Shown here: positions 48,901 through 60,007 of the stretch, in pieces | Position numbering within the stretch: the stretch's first letter is position 1 | Layout: each line of letters opens with the position of its first letter | Assembly (NCBI GenBank): GCA_963667845.2 | Contig: CAXXVL010000001.1 | Coordinates: forward strand, 768,001 to 832,000 | Reading direction: 5' to 3' | From: Smithellaceae bacterium | GTDB lineage: Bacteria; Desulfobacterota; Syntrophia; Syntrophales; Smithellaceae | DNA: 64,000 bases | The notes under the pieces: generated by a model | Seen by the model: only the letters and a program-made list of their open reading frames with translations | Database searches by the model: none | Told to the model about the DNA's origin: nothing | Made by a program: the position numbers and the translations under genes

Positions 48901-51265
48901 CGAACTTGCTGGGGGGTGATTCGCCCCGCAGATGTTTGCTGTAGTATTCTTTTAGCATTTGCACGTCATCGGGATGAACAAGGGTGCCCAGGGGCTCTCC
49001 TCCGACGCGAGACTCTTTCGGAATGCCCAGCGTTCGCAGAAATTGCTCGTTGTAATAAACATAACGGCCGTCCTGGACGATGGTAACGCCGTCGCTGGTG
49101 CTTTCCAACGTTTTACGATAGATGGCTTCGCTTTCTTCCAGGGCTTTCTGGACTTTCTTCCTCTCCGTGATGACTCGGGTGACGCCGACGATTTCAACGG
49201 GCTTGCCCTTTTCGTCCCGGTTGAAATTGGCGCTGACCTCTACCCAGATCCTGGTTCCGTTTTTGTGCAGGAGCGGTATCTCGAAGGTTGCCGCTCCCGG
49301 GCCATCCGTTGCGGTTCCCGCTCTCTCGCGGGCAAGCTCTTCGGCCAGTCTCTTTTCGATGAGGGCGTAAGTTTCGGGAGGCAGCATGGCCTTGAGGGGT
49401 ATCTCGAGGATTTCCTCCGGTGTAAAGCCGGTTATTCTCAGGACGGACGGACTCAAATACGTCCAGTGGAGACTGAAGTCCATCGTCCAGATGATGTCGC
49501 TGATATTATCCGTGATCATGCGCAGACGCTTTTCTCTGTCCTTTATGATCCGTTCGTCTTGCAGTCTTTGCGTCACATCCCGGCCGATAATACTGAACCC
49601 GAGCGGTTCTCCGAGCGGGGAGCGCATAAGCGATATCGACACTTCAGTGTAAATGATCTGTCCATGTTTGGTCAGGACCGCATGTTCAAACAGGGTTTTC
49701 TTGTGCCCGGTCCGATAGACTTCATTAAAAGCCTGGAAAACGCGCTGGATTTTATTTGCCGGGATCGCGCGCTTGTAGTTGAATGTTTGCATCTCCTCCC
49801 GGGAGTAGCCCATCAGGCGGCAAAACGAGTCATTGAAGAAAAGATAGTTGCCCTGAAGGTCCGTCTCCAGGTAGGTCTCTTCCATATTTTCCAGAATATG
49901 GCGGTATTTTTCTTCACTTCTGCGTCGCGCGTCTTCGGCCTTCCTGCGCTCGGTGATGTCCCTGACGAGGACACGAAATCCGCTTGGCTTGCCCGATTCA
50001 TCGCGTATCAGCGCGACATTCTGCTGATGGGTCCGGATCGACCCGTCTTGGGAAACCACGTCATAATCCAGCGTCGCTGTGGCAAGCTCGTTCTTGAATA
50101 TTTTGCGATAGACGTCCCGGACAAGTTCAAGTGACTCTTCGGTGGTGTAATGGTCGTAAAAAGTTCCGATGAGATCTTTGCGTTCATAACCGACCAGGGC
50201 GCAGCCGGCGTCATTGACAAAGGTCGTGATGCCGTGGATATCCGTTTCGAAATACCCTTCACCCATGATCTCCAGGATGGTCCGGTATTTTTCTTCACTG
50301 ACCCGTTTTTCGTATTCCGCTCTTTTGCGCCAGGAAACATCCCTGGTCAGGATGCGGAATCCGGAGGGCTTCCCGGATGCATCGTGCTTAAGAGCGGTGT
50401 TGATTTCGTAAGTGATGATTGACCCGTCCTTGCGCACAAGGTCGTAATCAAGCAGCCGCTCCGGTTCGCCCGTGCGATAGACCCGTCGAAACATATCCTC
50501 CATTTTGCGGGCGACGGCGGGAGTCAGGTATTCTCTGTAGTGCATGCCGATCAGACGCTCGTTCGTATATCCCATCAGGCGGCACGTTGCGTCGTTGACA
50601 AAGGTGATTCGCCCTGTGAGACTGCTCTCGATATACCCCTCTTCCATAATATCGAGAATCGTCCGGTATTTTTCTTCGTTTTCCTTGAGTTCGTTCCGGG
50701 TCTGCACTCGCAGGGAGATATCGCGAACGACGCCGCGAAAGCCGATGGGTTTGCCGGCCTCATCGCACATCAGGGCAACCGAGGCTTCGACGCTGACTTT
50801 ATCCTTGTTTTTTTTCAGGATCTGCCAGTCGAACCCCTTAATAGGTGTACCGGTAAGAAACACCTGGTGAAAAGCTTCGTAAACTTTCTCACCGCTAACT
50901 TCGTCGACGAGCTTACGATAGTTAATTCCGCGGAGTTCATCGTGGCTGTAACCCAAATCCCGGACCATGGTGTCGTTGAAAAAAAGCAGGTTGCCGCTCA
51001 GATCGACTTCAAAATACGATTCTTCAATGGTGTCGAGAATGTCACGATAACGCCGGGCGTCATCGGTCAGGCCGGCTTTTACCTGCCCCGAAACTGAGAG
51101 CTTTTTTTTGGTTTTCTTGAGGAGTTTATTGACGGCATCGGCGATCAATCCCAGATCGTCGTCTTTGGAAGCAAAATCAATTCTTTGAGAATAGTCGCCG
51201 GCCGCGGCTTTTTTGAGGGCGTGGAGAATTGTTTCAATGCGATCTTTTTTAGATTTCGCTGTCAT
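45980..51265 (-). CDS. Giant soluble hybrid histidine kinase (HAMP-like + 10 PAS + kinase + REC)
   Basis: Ten repeats starting xYRxI.E and ending RDITxR; AHDFNN, GTGLGL, ISDVVMP. Confidence 0.92.
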   Translation of the reverse strand: MTAKSKKDRIETILHALKKAAAGDYSQRIDFASKDDDLGLIADAVNKLLKKTKKKLSVSGQVKAGLTDDARRYRDILDTIEESYFEVDLSGNLLFFNDTMVRDLGYSHDELRGINYRKLVDEVSGEKVYEAFHQVFLTGTPIKGFDWQILKKNKDKVSVEASVALMCDEAGKPIGFRGVVRDISLRVQTRNELKENEEKYRTILDIMEEGYIESSLTGRITFVNDATCRLMGYTNERLIGMHYREYLTPAVARKMEDMFRRVYRTGEPERLLDYDLVRKDGSIITYEINTALKHDASGKPSGFRILTRDVSWRKRAEYEKRVSEEKYRTILEIMGEGYFETDIHGITTFVNDAGCALVGYERKDLIGTFYDHYTTEESLELVRDVYRKIFKNELATATLDYDVVSQDGSIRTHQQNVALIRDESGKPSGFRVLVRDITERRKAEDARRRSEEKYRHILENMEETYLETDLQGNYLFFNDSFCRLMGYSREEMQTFNYKRAIPANKIQRVFQAFNEVYRTGHKKTLFEHAVLTKHGQIIYTEVSISLMRSPLGEPLGFSIIGRDVTQRLQDERIIKDREKRLRMITDNISDIIWTMDFSLHWTYLSPSVLRITGFTPEEILEIPLKAMLPPETYALIEKRLAEELARERAGTATDGPGAATFEIPLLHKNGTRIWVEVSANFNRDEKGKPVEIVGVTRVITERKKVQKALEESEAIYRKTLESTSDGVTIVQDGRYVYYNEQFLRTLGIPKESRVGGEPLGTLVHPDDVQMLKEYYSKHLRGESPPSKFEIRVFRPDRKLLYLLVTSVDTTYKGKPAVLSFMQNITERKNAENALKESEKRYRTMTENVNDIVWIVDLDLQITYVSPSNMQLTGFAPEEIQNKPLDSIIAPDSLALVGRLLSEELAQEANGRPVDPKRSRTLQIEVFSKLGDNVWLEVNATFNRDANGKATEILAVGRNITQRRNMEKALAESEQRYRTIVENTHDSIAILDLDLHYVYQSPSEIRVTGYTREEIMAIPIKDQLTPESYALAENVLALELEREFSGEPVDPDRMLTVELEAYHKNGGTIWQEVNAVFERDKGGTPIAIILTARDITARRNAERALAESERLYRMIVENMQDVICLMDFNLQFTYVSSDNLELTGYTKEEVKHVRINKLLTPGSLSLITDIFVEELEREKKRTTFNDPITKTLELELFHKKGGTTWAEVTATLTRDEHGKPEEIMLVARDITARRKIQEALRDSEQRYRMIIENMKEVVWTTDTNLRFTYMSPSCFSLTGYTPDELIALPLDQLLMPESLTLAINAVTEELALEDSAEAADPNRSRTVEQEILCKNGNTVWIEVTATFMRNTQGKATGMLMAGRDITEGKKAREEKDKLEAQLMQSQKMEIVGRLAGGVAHDFNNMLSVILGYADLAKLRLGSLHPVLKDIAEIEKAAIRSRDITTQLLAFSRKQIIEPKVIDLNDLVAHTQKALIRLIGEDVGLQVVMGEHLWPIKFDPSQIEQILINLAVNARDAMPGGGQLTIETVNTVLDDSYCEKNIDCIPGHYVRLSFSDNGVGMDKETLQHIFEPFFTTKDVGKGTGLGLATVYGIVKQNNGFVNVYSEPAHGTTFSIYLPRAEGQNAILLESEEELKITGTGNILLVEDDAMVLQITKGILESLGYTVRSVEKPMEAIEYCKDPDACIDLVISDVVMPGISGKELRNRVLEIRPDINLIFMSGYTADVIAHHGVLEEGVQFIQKPFTIKSLAAKVMEALAAKKNI

Positions 51266-51408
51266 GGTCCGGCACCTGTTCGCGGATCAACTCTACATGA
51301 GTTATCGCGCGAGAGCAAGCCCTAATGCTATTAAATATCAGTTGAAATACACCAAAACCTAAACGGCCGATTGCATCCCCGGCCCGACTGTGGTAAGCCT
51401 CGCCCTCC

Positions 51409-51466
51409 AATCAACCACTTCGCAGCAAGCTGCGGAGAATTAACACTCGTCCCGCGTAAGCGGGGT
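51409..51466 (-). repeat. Dispersed hairpin element, copy 5 (short form, inverted)
   Basis: AATCAACCACTTCGCAGCAAGCTGCGGAGAATTAACACTCGTCCCGCGTAAGCGGGGT. Confidence 0.85.
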
Positions 51467-51485
51467 AAATCGATAAAGGATTGCC

Positions 51486-53777
51486 ATGAATTCATCCCGA
51501 TATGCAACAATCGCCGGCGAATTGAATATTGCGGCCGGACAGGTAGCAGATACGGCAGCCATGCTGGCCGAAGGGGCGACCGTCCCTTTTATCGCCCGCT
51601 ATCGCAAAGAAGTAACCGGATCGCTCGATGAAGTTGTCGTGACGGCCATCCGTGACCGGCTGGCCCAGCTCGAAGAACTGGAAACCCGCCGCACAGCCGT
51701 TTTAAAATCGCTCACCGAGCGGAATTTGCTGACCCCGGAACTGGAAGCGAAAGTCTTCGCTGCGGAAACGTTGTCTGTTCTGGAAGATATTTATCTGCCG
51801 TTTCGTCCCAAGCGCCGCACGCGGGCGACCATTGCCCGGGAAAAAGGGCTTGCGGATCTCGCGACAAAAATATTTGCACAGGATGATATTGACCCGGCCC
51901 AGTTCGCCGCTTCCTTTGTGAGTGAAGCCAGCGGAGTGGCTACCGTGGAAGAAGCCCTGGCGGGAGCGCGCGACATCATTGCCGAATGGGTGAATGAAGA
52001 TGCGGGTGCACGGGCAAAAATGCGCGAGCTGTTCTGGAATAAAGGCGTTATCCGGTCGAAGGTTTTGCCGGACAAGCTGGAAGCCGGCATCAAATACAAG
52101 GACTATTATGACTGGGAAGAGCCGGTCGCAACTGCGCCCTCGCACCGCGTCCTGGCCATGCGCCGGGGCGAGCGCGAAGAATTTCTGACGGTTTCGATGA
52201 CGCCTCCCGAAGAAGAAGCAAAACTGATCCTGGAGGATCTTTTCGTCCATGCCGCCAATGAAACGGCTTGCCAGGTGAAGATTGCGGTGCACGACAGCTA
52301 CAAACGTCTGCTGTCGCTTTCGATGGAGACGGAGACCCGGATGGAGTCCAAAAAGCGGGCGGATGAGACCGCGATCCGGGTTTTTGCCGACAATCTGCGA
52401 CAGCTGCTTCTGGCGCCGCCGATGGGGCAGAAGGCCGTACTGGCCATTGATCCCGGTTTCCGCACGGGCTGCAAAACGGTGTGCCTGGACGCGCAGGGGA
52501 AGTTGCTGCATCACGAAACCATCTTTCTGCTTTCTGAGAAAGGGCACGACGACGCCTCGCGCACGGTCAGAGCGCTGTGCGAAAAATTTCAGATCGAAGC
52601 CATTGCAGTCGGCAACGGTACCGCGGGGCGGGAGACGGAAAGCTTTCTGCGGAGTCTGGAACTCCCCAAGGAAATTTTGGTCGTCATGGTCAATGAAAGC
52701 GGCGCATCAATCTATTCGGCCTCCGAGGCGGCCAGGAGTGAATTCCCCGATCAGGACATCACCGTGCGCGGCGCGGTTTCCATCGGCCGCCGCTTAATGG
52801 ATCCGCTTGCGGAGCTTGTTAAAATCGAGCCCAAAGCCATCGGCGTGGGACAGTATCAGCATGATGTCGATCAGGGCCTCTTGCAGCAGTGCCTGGATGA
52901 TGTCGTCGTCAGCTCAGTGAATGCCGTCGGTGTCGAAGTCAATACAGCGAGTGTCCAGCTTTTGTCGTATGTGTCCGGCCTGGGGCCGGCGCTTGCGGAA
53001 AATATCGTCAAGCATCGCGATGAAAATGGACCGTTTGCGACGCGCGAGGCCCTCAAGAAAGTGAAGCGCCTCGGGGTCAAGGCTTTCGAACAGGCCGCGG
53101 GATTTCTGCGCGTGCACGGCAGCTTAAATCCGCTGGATGCGAGCGCCGTTCATCCGGAAAGCTATGCGATTGTGGAAAAAATAGCGGCGGACCAGGGCTG
53201 CACGGTTCCTGAACTGATGGAGGATGAAATCCTACGGCAGAAAGTCGTTTTGACGGATTATGTGACCGGAAACATCGGTTTGCCGACGCTGAAAGACATT
53301 ATGGCGGAACTGGCGAAGCCCGGCCGGGACCCCCGGCGCCAGTTTGAAAATGTTGTTTTTGCCGAAGGCATCGACAAGATCACCGACCTGATTCCCGGCA
53401 TGAAGCTGACGGGCGTTGTCACCAACATCACGGCCTTCGGCGCGTTTGTCGATATCGGTGTTCATCAGGACGGGCTGGTTCATTTGAGCGAAATGGCCGA
53501 CCGTTTTGTGAAGACGCCTGCGGATGTCGTAAAGGTCAGCCAGAAAGTCGAGGTGACCGTCCTGGCGGTGGATGCACAGCGCAAGCGGATTTCCCTGTCC
53601 ATGAAAAAAACACCGGGTGAAAAAAATAAGCCGGAAAAAACTGAAGAGAAAACGCCCGCCGCAGAACGGAAGATCGAGCCCGGCAGATCAGAGCGGCGCC
53701 CGGGAAAAAAACCGGGCAGGGAAGCGCCCAAACCTTTTAATAATCCTTTCGCCGAAGCGCTGAAGAAGAGGGGATAA
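51486..53777 (+). CDS. tex: Tex family RNA-binding transcriptional accessory protein
   Basis: TVPFIARYRKE, DPGFRTGCK, GNGTAGRET, GASIYSAS, IGVGQYQHD, C-terminal S1 domain. Confidence 0.95.
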   Translation: MNSSRYATIAGELNIAAGQVADTAAMLAEGATVPFIARYRKEVTGSLDEVVVTAIRDRLAQLEELETRRTAVLKSLTERNLLTPELEAKVFAAETLSVLEDIYLPFRPKRRTRATIAREKGLADLATKIFAQDDIDPAQFAASFVSEASGVATVEEALAGARDIIAEWVNEDAGARAKMRELFWNKGVIRSKVLPDKLEAGIKYKDYYDWEEPVATAPSHRVLAMRRGEREEFLTVSMTPPEEEAKLILEDLFVHAANETACQVKIAVHDSYKRLLSLSMETETRMESKKRADETAIRVFADNLRQLLLAPPMGQKAVLAIDPGFRTGCKTVCLDAQGKLLHHETIFLLSEKGHDDASRTVRALCEKFQIEAIAVGNGTAGRETESFLRSLELPKEILVVMVNESGASIYSASEAARSEFPDQDITVRGAVSIGRRLMDPLAELVKIEPKAIGVGQYQHDVDQGLLQQCLDDVVVSSVNAVGVEVNTASVQLLSYVSGLGPALAENIVKHRDENGPFATREALKKVKRLGVKAFEQAAGFLRVHGSLNPLDASAVHPESYAIVEKIAADQGCTVPELMEDEILRQKVVLTDYVTGNIGLPTLKDIMAELAKPGRDPRRQFENVVFAEGIDKITDLIPGMKLTGVVTNITAFGAFVDIGVHQDGLVHLSEMADRFVKTPADVVKVSQKVEVTVLAVDAQRKRISLSMKKTPGEKNKPEKTEEKTPAAERKIEPGRSERRPGKKPGREAPKPFNNPFAEALKKRG

Positions 53778-54075
53778 TAGCATTCATTTTATGCAGGGGG
53801 GAATTACATCGAAACCCCCGGCACATCCCGGTCGGCAAAATTTCCATTTGACTATTTGGCTTGCGCAATCATGCTGATTGCTCTGAAAAAAAACTTCGCA
53901 CTCAACCCGCAAGATGTTCAATCCGCATCAGGGAGTCCCCGGCAGAGCCCGAAAAATATTCTTTTCATTTGACTGACCTGGATACTTCTCTTATATTCTC
54001 TTTAGTAAAGCAAATAGCGGCAGGTCAGCCTTTGCCCATTCAACCGTTCATGATCTTCGGAAGGAGATAAACAAG

Positions 54076-54597
54076 ATGCTGCATAATAAAAAAAACAGGG
54101 TCTACGCGCTCGTCACGGCGGCGGTGCTCTGCCTATTGCCGTTTACCCTCTCTTATGCCGCCCAGACAGGCGGTTCGGCTCTTTCCGCCGCACTGTCCAA
54201 AGTTAAGATGCTTGCGGACCTGACCTCTGCCGAGAGGAATGCACTGCAGTCGGCGGCCAAACTACACCATGCTCAGGCAGGACTGTGCCTGACCAGGAAA
54301 GGCGCGGCGCTCGACAGAATGTTCATCGTTTTGGACGGAGAGGCCGAAGTCCGGGTGAACGGCGAGTTTGTGACCGCACTGTCGGGGCAGTTCCTGGTCG
54401 GCGAGGCCGAATATCTCGACCAGGCGCCGGTGTTCGCCGACGTCACGCTGGTTGAGGAAGCGGATATCATCGAATTGCAGAACGACGAGCTGACGCGTCT
54501 GATGGAAAGCCAGCCGCATATCGGCTACGTCATCATGCGCGGGATCGCCCGCATTGAGGGCAAGCGCCTGCGCGCCACGACGACAGCGGGGAAGTGA
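54076..54597 (+). CDS. cNMP-binding-fold protein with signal peptide
   Basis: MFIVLDGEAEV...GQFLVGEAEYL...ADV; N-terminal basic/hydrophobic/SYA signal. Confidence 0.75.
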   Translation: MLHNKKNRVYALVTAAVLCLLPFTLSYAAQTGGSALSAALSKVKMLADLTSAERNALQSAAKLHHAQAGLCLTRKGAALDRMFIVLDGEAEVRVNGEFVTALSGQFLVGEAEYLDQAPVFADVTLVEEADIIELQNDELTRLMESQPHIGYVIMRGIARIEGKRLRATTTAGK

Positions 54598-54670
54598 ACG
54601 GGAATTATTTTATGGAACCGCCGCGCAGGGATTTATCATGAGTCTTTAATCAATAAAGGAGTTTTACACC

Positions 54671-55687
54671 ATGCTGATCGTCATGCATCGCAGCGCCACA
54701 CCAAAGCAAATCGGAGCCGTTACCGCAGCCGTGGAGAGGATGGGGCTGACGGCGTCGTCCATTCCCGGAAGCGAGAGGACTGCGATCGGCGTCCTGGGCA
54801 ACAAAGGCTATGTGGATGACTCACCAATCCGTAATCTTCCCGGCGTGAAGGACGTCATCCACGTTTCCAAACCTTACAAAATGGTATCGCGTGACTTTCA
54901 CCCCCGGCCGACGGTGATCCGGATCGGTAAAGTGGAAATCGGCGAAGGGAGAAGCCCTGTCATTATCGCCGGGCCGTGTGCCGTGGAAAGTGAAGATCAG
55001 ATCATCAGGACGGCCAGGGCGGTAAAGGCCGCTGGCGCCGGATTGCTCCGGGGCGGCGCCTTCAAGCCGCGGACCGGTCCCTATACGTTTCAGGGGCTGA
55101 AGGAAGAAGGTCTGAAGCTGCTGGCCCAGGCCAGCCGGGAAACAGGCCTCCCGACCGTTTCCGAAGTCATGACGTCGGAAAACGTCGAACTCGTGGCGCG
55201 CTATGTGGATGTTCTTCAGGTGGGCGCGAGGAATATGCAGAATTTCGATCTCCTGCGCGAAGTGGGCCGTATCCGGAAACCCGTATTTCTTAAAAGGGGC
55301 CCGAGCGCTACCATCGAGGAATTTCTGGCGGCAGCCGAATACATTCTGGCCGAAGGCAATTCGCAGGTCATCCTCTGCGAGCGGGGAATCCGCACGTTTG
55401 AAACAGCTACGCGCAACACCCTGGACCTGTCTGTTGTTCCCCTGATCAAGGAATTGTCTCATCTCCCCATTGTTGTCGATCCCTCGCATGCGACCGGCAA
55501 GCGCAGCCTCGTGCCCCCGATGGCGAAAGCGGCTATTGTGGCGGGCGCCCACGGCATTATGGTGGAGGTTCACCCCGACCCGGAAAAGGCGCTGTCCGAT
55601 GGTCCCCAGTCTTTGACGATACCCGGCTTTGAAAAGCTGATGACAGAGATCAAACAGCTCAATGTTTTTCTGGGATCTGAGAAGTAG
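54671..55687 (+). CDS. aroF: DAHP synthase (type I-beta with regulatory domain)
   Basis: [45 protein letters not shown]. Confidence 0.95.
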   Translation: MLIVMHRSATPKQIGAVTAAVERMGLTASSIPGSERTAIGVLGNKGYVDDSPIRNLPGVKDVIHVSKPYKMVSRDFHPRPTVIRIGKVEIGEGRSPVIIAGPCAVESEDQIIRTARAVKAAGAGLLRGGAFKPRTGPYTFQGLKEEGLKLLAQASRETGLPTVSEVMTSENVELVARYVDVLQVGARNMQNFDLLREVGRIRKPVFLKRGPSATIEEFLAAAEYILAEGNSQVILCERGIRTFETATRNTLDLSVVPLIKELSHLPIVVDPSHATGKRSLVPPMAKAAIVAGAHGIMVEVHPDPEKALSDGPQSLTIPGFEKLMTEIKQLNVFLGSEK

Positions 55688-55741
55688 ACCGGTCACTGCG
55701 AGGCGCGCAATCATGACGACCGCACCGGGACGCCTCGTTTC

Positions 55742-55839
55742 AATCCCGCTCACGCGGGGCGAGCGTTAATTCCCTGTTGCTTGCTGCGAAATAATAACGT
55801 GCATTTCATGCCTCGGCAGCGTGCTGCCGGTGGTTGATT
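55742..55839 (+). repeat. Dispersed hairpin element, copy 6 (long form)
   Basis: Aligns with copy 1; lies between convergent aroF and PBP genes. Confidence 0.88.
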
Positions 55840-55856
55840 CCATGGGACATAATCGA

Positions 55857-58175
55857 TTATTTAAACAAGCCGCGCAGGAATTCTTTGGCATCTTGCATTT
55901 TGCTGCGGATCGCATCCATTACCGGATTAACCGGATGATCCGGGCAGGTTTCTTTGGGGGCTGTCCCGGCAAGGTAAGCTTCCCGAAAGGTTTGCGGGCA
56001 TAAAACCGTGGCGAGATATCCGGATTCCGGATCGATCAGCGCCGTTTCGATCCCCTGGGGCATGATCACGGGCTGCGGCCCTGCCTGGGAATAAAATGCC
56101 CTCAGAAACCGCGCGTTGATGCGCAGCGCACCGGCTGCACCGGTGAGGCCCGTATCGGCCCCGGCGTCATAGCCCACCCACACAGCACAGACGATATCCG
56201 GCGTATAACTGACAAACCACGAGTCGCGGTTGCCGTTGGTCGTTCCTGTTTTCCCCGAAACGGGAAAATCGATCTTCAGGCTCCTGGCGTCTTTCGCGGT
56301 ACCGCGCGTAAGCACGCCTTCCAAGGCAAAGCCTGCCAGATAAGCCACGCGCGGGTCCAGGGCCTGCCAGCGTTTTAACCGTCTCGCGATAATCGGCTCG
56401 CCATCCGCCATGGTAACGGAATACAGAGAAAAAGGTTCATAGCGGAAGCCGCCCGCGGCGATGGTGGCGTAGGCATAGGCGAGTTCCAGCGGCGTAACTT
56501 CAAAACTTCCCAGCGCCATCGAAGGGACGGGCAGAAGCGGACTTTTGATGCCCGCCTGCCTCGCGGCATCGAGTACGTTTTGAAAACCGACGTCGTTGGC
56601 CAGGCGTGTGGTGGCGGTGTTCACGGAGTCTTCAATGGTTTTCCGGATCGAAAGCATCCCGTATTTTTTGTCTTCAAAATTAGACGGGGACCACATTCCT
56701 TCCGGCGTCGGCAGAGATATCGGTTCGCCGGACACCCGGGTGGAGAGCGTCCAGTTTTCCTTGCCCGCGAGCGATTGCGAAAGCGCGGCGAGCAGAACGA
56801 AGGGCTTGAAAGCGCTGCCCGGCTGACGTTTCGCATCCACCGCCCGGTTGAACCGCGTCTGTCCGTAGTTTCGTCCGCCGACCATGGCGGTAACCGTTCC
56901 GGTCTTCGGGTCGATCGCGACCAGCGCGGCCTGCAGAGGTTCTGCCGCACGGCGGGCCGTCCTCCCGATGGTTTCGAGCCCGCGGGTGACAGCCTCTTCC
57001 GCCATGACCTGCTGCACGGAATCAAGCGTGGTGTAATAGCGGTATCCCGTATGGTAGAGCCGTTCTGTTCCCATTTCTTCCTTGGTGATCCTCTGGATAT
57101 AATCGATAAAATACGAGGACAGGTGAACAGGTGCTATCCCGGACCTGAGCTGCACCGGTGCCGCGGATGCTCTGAGAAATTCAGCTTCGGGGATCATGTC
57201 CAGTTTTTGCATTCTGGCGAGGACCTTGTTGCGGCGCTCCTTTGCCGTGCCGGGGTTTCTGAGAAGGGCATAGCGGTTCGGCGCATGGATGATCCCGGCC
57301 AAGAGCGCGGCCTCTTCGAGAGACAAATCCCTGGCGCGCTTTGAGAAATAGATGCTTGCCGCGTCTTCGACGCCATAGATGCGGTCAATGCCGGTCTGCC
57401 CCAGATAAATTTTGTTGAGATACATCTCCAGAATCTGCTTTTTGGAGTAGCGGAGCTCGAGTGCCACCGCGAGCTCCGCTTCGCGCAGTTTGCGGGCGAC
57501 GGTCTTTTTGGGAGAGAGGAAAAAATTCTTTGCCAGCTGTTGCGTAATCGTGGAGCCGCCTTCAGCGAATCTCTGTTCCTTGACATCGGTAACGAACGCG
57601 CGGCCGATGGCCAGGACGTCCAGTCCGAAGTGGGAATAAAAGTGTGAGTCTTCGGAAGCGATGACCGCATCCTGCAGGTAAGGGGAAATAGCGGAAAGCT
57701 GAACCTGATGCCGGGAATCCAGCTTCATGCTCATAATGCGGCCGATTTCCTCCGGTTCGAGCTTAATCGACTCCAGCTCTTTTCCGGCGCCTGACGTAAG
57801 CGTTGCGACCCGTCCGTCCTGAAGACCGATATCGACAGGAGAGCTTTGGTCCACATCCCCGTCGATTTTGTTGCGGTGGAGAAGAATACGGAGATGCTTT
57901 TCGTCTTGCGAATATGTTCCGGCCGCGGAAGGCTTTCCGGCCACTCTCTTGTAAGCGAGCCGGCTCAACCGCTCGGCAAAATGAACGTTCCCCAGGTGAA
58001 GTCCCTTGCTGATTTCCAGAGAGCGCCCGTAAAAGATTGTGGGAGATCCGCCATCGCCGTCGGCAATGCCTTTGCCGACCTCGATGTACTGATAACCGAT
58101 ATGCAGGGTCAGGCCCCCGAACACGATGACCGCAAGAAATAAAGCCAGAGATAAAAATGGGTGACGGCGAATCAA
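55857..58175 (-). CDS. Bifunctional penicillin-binding protein (PBP1B-like)
   Basis: TG motifs ASEDSHF, GGSTITQQLAKN, RKLRE, YLNKIY; TP motifs GSAFKP, SVN, KTGTT. TTG start with GGGAGG SD. Confidence 0.92.
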   Translation of the reverse strand: MIRRHPFLSLALFLAVIVFGGLTLHIGYQYIEVGKGIADGDGGSPTIFYGRSLEISKGLHLGNVHFAERLSRLAYKRVAGKPSAAGTYSQDEKHLRILLHRNKIDGDVDQSSPVDIGLQDGRVATLTSGAGKELESIKLEPEEIGRIMSMKLDSRHQVQLSAISPYLQDAVIASEDSHFYSHFGLDVLAIGRAFVTDVKEQRFAEGGSTITQQLAKNFFLSPKKTVARKLREAELAVALELRYSKKQILEMYLNKIYLGQTGIDRIYGVEDAASIYFSKRARDLSLEEAALLAGIIHAPNRYALLRNPGTAKERRNKVLARMQKLDMIPEAEFLRASAAPVQLRSGIAPVHLSSYFIDYIQRITKEEMGTERLYHTGYRYYTTLDSVQQVMAEEAVTRGLETIGRTARRAAEPLQAALVAIDPKTGTVTAMVGGRNYGQTRFNRAVDAKRQPGSAFKPFVLLAALSQSLAGKENWTLSTRVSGEPISLPTPEGMWSPSNFEDKKYGMLSIRKTIEDSVNTATTRLANDVGFQNVLDAARQAGIKSPLLPVPSMALGSFEVTPLELAYAYATIAAGGFRYEPFSLYSVTMADGEPIIARRLKRWQALDPRVAYLAGFALEGVLTRGTAKDARSLKIDFPVSGKTGTTNGNRDSWFVSYTPDIVCAVWVGYDAGADTGLTGAAGALRINARFLRAFYSQAGPQPVIMPQGIETALIDPESGYLATVLCPQTFREAYLAGTAPKETCPDHPVNPVMDAIRSKMQDAKEFLRGLFK

Positions 58176-58330
58176 CGGAGCCTCCCGGGTGTTTTGGGTG
58201 TCGGGTGCGTCAGAGCATTTCCGGCAAGGATGTGGCAATTCAGCTGATAAGAATAAAGATGGTCAAGAACATTTTTTAACATATGCCGTAACTAATCACA
58301 GGGGGTTTTCCGCGGTCAAGCTAATTTTTT

Positions 58331-58387
58331 AATCCCGCTCACGCGGGACGTGCGTTAATTCTCCGTAGCTTGCTATGCGTTGTTGAT
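58331..58387 (+). repeat. Dispersed hairpin element, copy 7 (short form)
   Basis: AATCCCGCTCACGCGGGACGTGCGTTAATTCTCCGTAGCTTGCT...TGTTGAT. Confidence 0.8.
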
Positions 58388-58539
58388 CAGGGAAACCGAC
58401 GGCGATCGCCCCGACGCCGTGCAGGCAGGCCGCGACCCGGCACAGATTTGCGATGGCTTTCCCCCGAAATTTGCGATAAAGAAATTTCCGGCACCGTGTG
58501 CTGCGATGCTGCAAATCGCATTTGATTCTTTTCATGTTG

Positions 58540-58637
58540 AATCCCGCTGACGCGGGACGAGCGGTAATTCTCGTAGCTTGCTGCGAAATGATGACTTTCA
58601 TTTCATGCCTCGACAGCTTGCTGCGAGGTTGTTGATT
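58540..58637 (+). repeat. Dispersed hairpin element, copy 8 (long form)
   Basis: AATCCCGCTGACGCGGGACGAGCGGTAATT...CCTCGACAGCTTGCTGCGAGGTTGTTGATT. Confidence 0.88.
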
Positions 58638-58672
58638 AAATGAATCCCCGCTAAGCTGCACGAGAGGATAAT

Positions 58673-60007
58673 ATGACGGAAATCAAAAAGGCGTCACGCA
58701 AAGAAATGTTCGGATGGGTCATGTTCGATTTTGCCAACTCATCCTACACCACGGTCATCATCACAGTTGTCTTTTGCATCATCTTTCCCAAACTTATCGT
58801 CGGCGACGGGCCGGAATATCGCCTGGGCAATCTCCTGTGGAGCACAGCTCTCTCCATCAGCTACTTGATTGTCCTGCTTACCGCGCCGATCTTCGGCGCC
58901 ATGATGGACTATGCCGGATCAAAAAAGAAATTTCTGTTCGCAAGTTACCTCCTCACCGTCATCGCGACCGCGGCCCTCTACTTTGTTCAACCGGGCTACG
59001 TCATTATCGGCATGCTGCTCATTATCCTCTCCAACGTCGGCTTTTCCTATAGCGAATCTTTTGTCGCGAGCTTTCTTCCGGGCCTCGGCCCACCCGAGGA
59101 TCTGGGCAAGATTTCGGGCTATGCGTGGGGTGTAGGCTACTTCGGCGGCCTGACCTCGACGGCCCTCGTTATCTTCGGATTGGGTGCGGGTGTGTACACG
59201 CTCGAAAATTTCTCAAACCTCCGCCTAGTTGGGCCGGTTACCGGCCTGTTTTTTCTCGTCGCCGCCATCCCGACCTTTCTGTGGCTCAAGGAACGAACCG
59301 TACCCCGGGCGCTGCCGCCCAATGAAACTTACTTGAGCGTCGGGATCGGACGACTGAAGAAAACTTTTCACGACATCCGGGATTACAAAGATTTGACGAT
59401 CCTTCTGACCTCGTTCTTCTTCGCCTACGCCGGCCTTTCCATCGTGATCTCTTTTGCCTTCATCTATGGTGACCAGGTCGTCAAATGGTCAGGCGTGACG
59501 CAGATCCTGATGTTTGTCCTCACGCAGATTACGGCGGCCGGGGGCGCTTTTCTTTTCGGGTTCATTCAGGACCGCTGGAAAGCCAAGCAGACCTTTGTCG
59601 CGACGCTCGTGCTCTGGGTTATCGCCGTCATGCTGATTTACGGAGTCGGCGGCGTGACGGCTTTTGTCAATAGTGCGCTAGGCCTGTCGTTGAAGGAGGA
59701 ACATATCTTCCTGGTCATCGGTTCCATTGCCGGACTGGGTCTGGGATCAACGCAGTCCGCCTGCCGCGCCATGGTCGGACTTTTTTCACCGGACACCAAG
59801 TCCGGTGAGTTCTTCGGCCTGTGGGGCTTCGCCAACCGTCTTTCAGCCATTGTCGGTTTGATGGGTCTGGGATTTCTGCAGTCGCTGTTTGGTCTGCACC
59901 GGGCCGTGCTTGTCTGCTCGGTTTTTTTCTTCGTTGCCCTGGTCATCGTCCTCTTCGTCAATGAAGAACGGGGCAAAGCAGCGGCAAGCAAACACGCCGG
60001 GGAATAA
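58673..60007 (+). CDS. MFS transporter (Atg22/UMF1-like)
   Basis: GWVMFDFANS, GKISGYAWGVGYFGG, QSACRA, GEFFG; ~12 TM segments. Confidence 0.88.
   Translation: MTEIKKASRKEMFGWVMFDFANSSYTTVIITVVFCIIFPKLIVGDGPEYRLGNLLWSTALSISYLIVLLTAPIFGAMMDYAGSKKKFLFASYLLTVIATAALYFVQPGYVIIGMLLIILSNVGFSYSESFVASFLPGLGPPEDLGKISGYAWGVGYFGGLTSTALVIFGLGAGVYTLENFSNLRLVGPVTGLFFLVAAIPTFLWLKERTVPRALPPNETYLSVGIGRLKKTFHDIRDYKDLTILLTSFFFAYAGLSIVISFAFIYGDQVVKWSGVTQILMFVLTQITAAGGAFLFGFIQDRWKAKQTFVATLVLWVIAVMLIYGVGGVTAFVNSALGLSLKEEHIFLVIGSIAGLGLGSTQSACRAMVGLFSPDTKSGEFFGLWGFANRLSAIVGLMGLGFLQSLFGLHRAVLVCSVFFFVALVIVLFVNEERGKAAASKHAGE

Noticed and set aside
21514..58637. CRISPR array from the recurring hairpin repeat
   Set aside because: Copies are kilobases apart, have no regular spacers, and no cas genes are present
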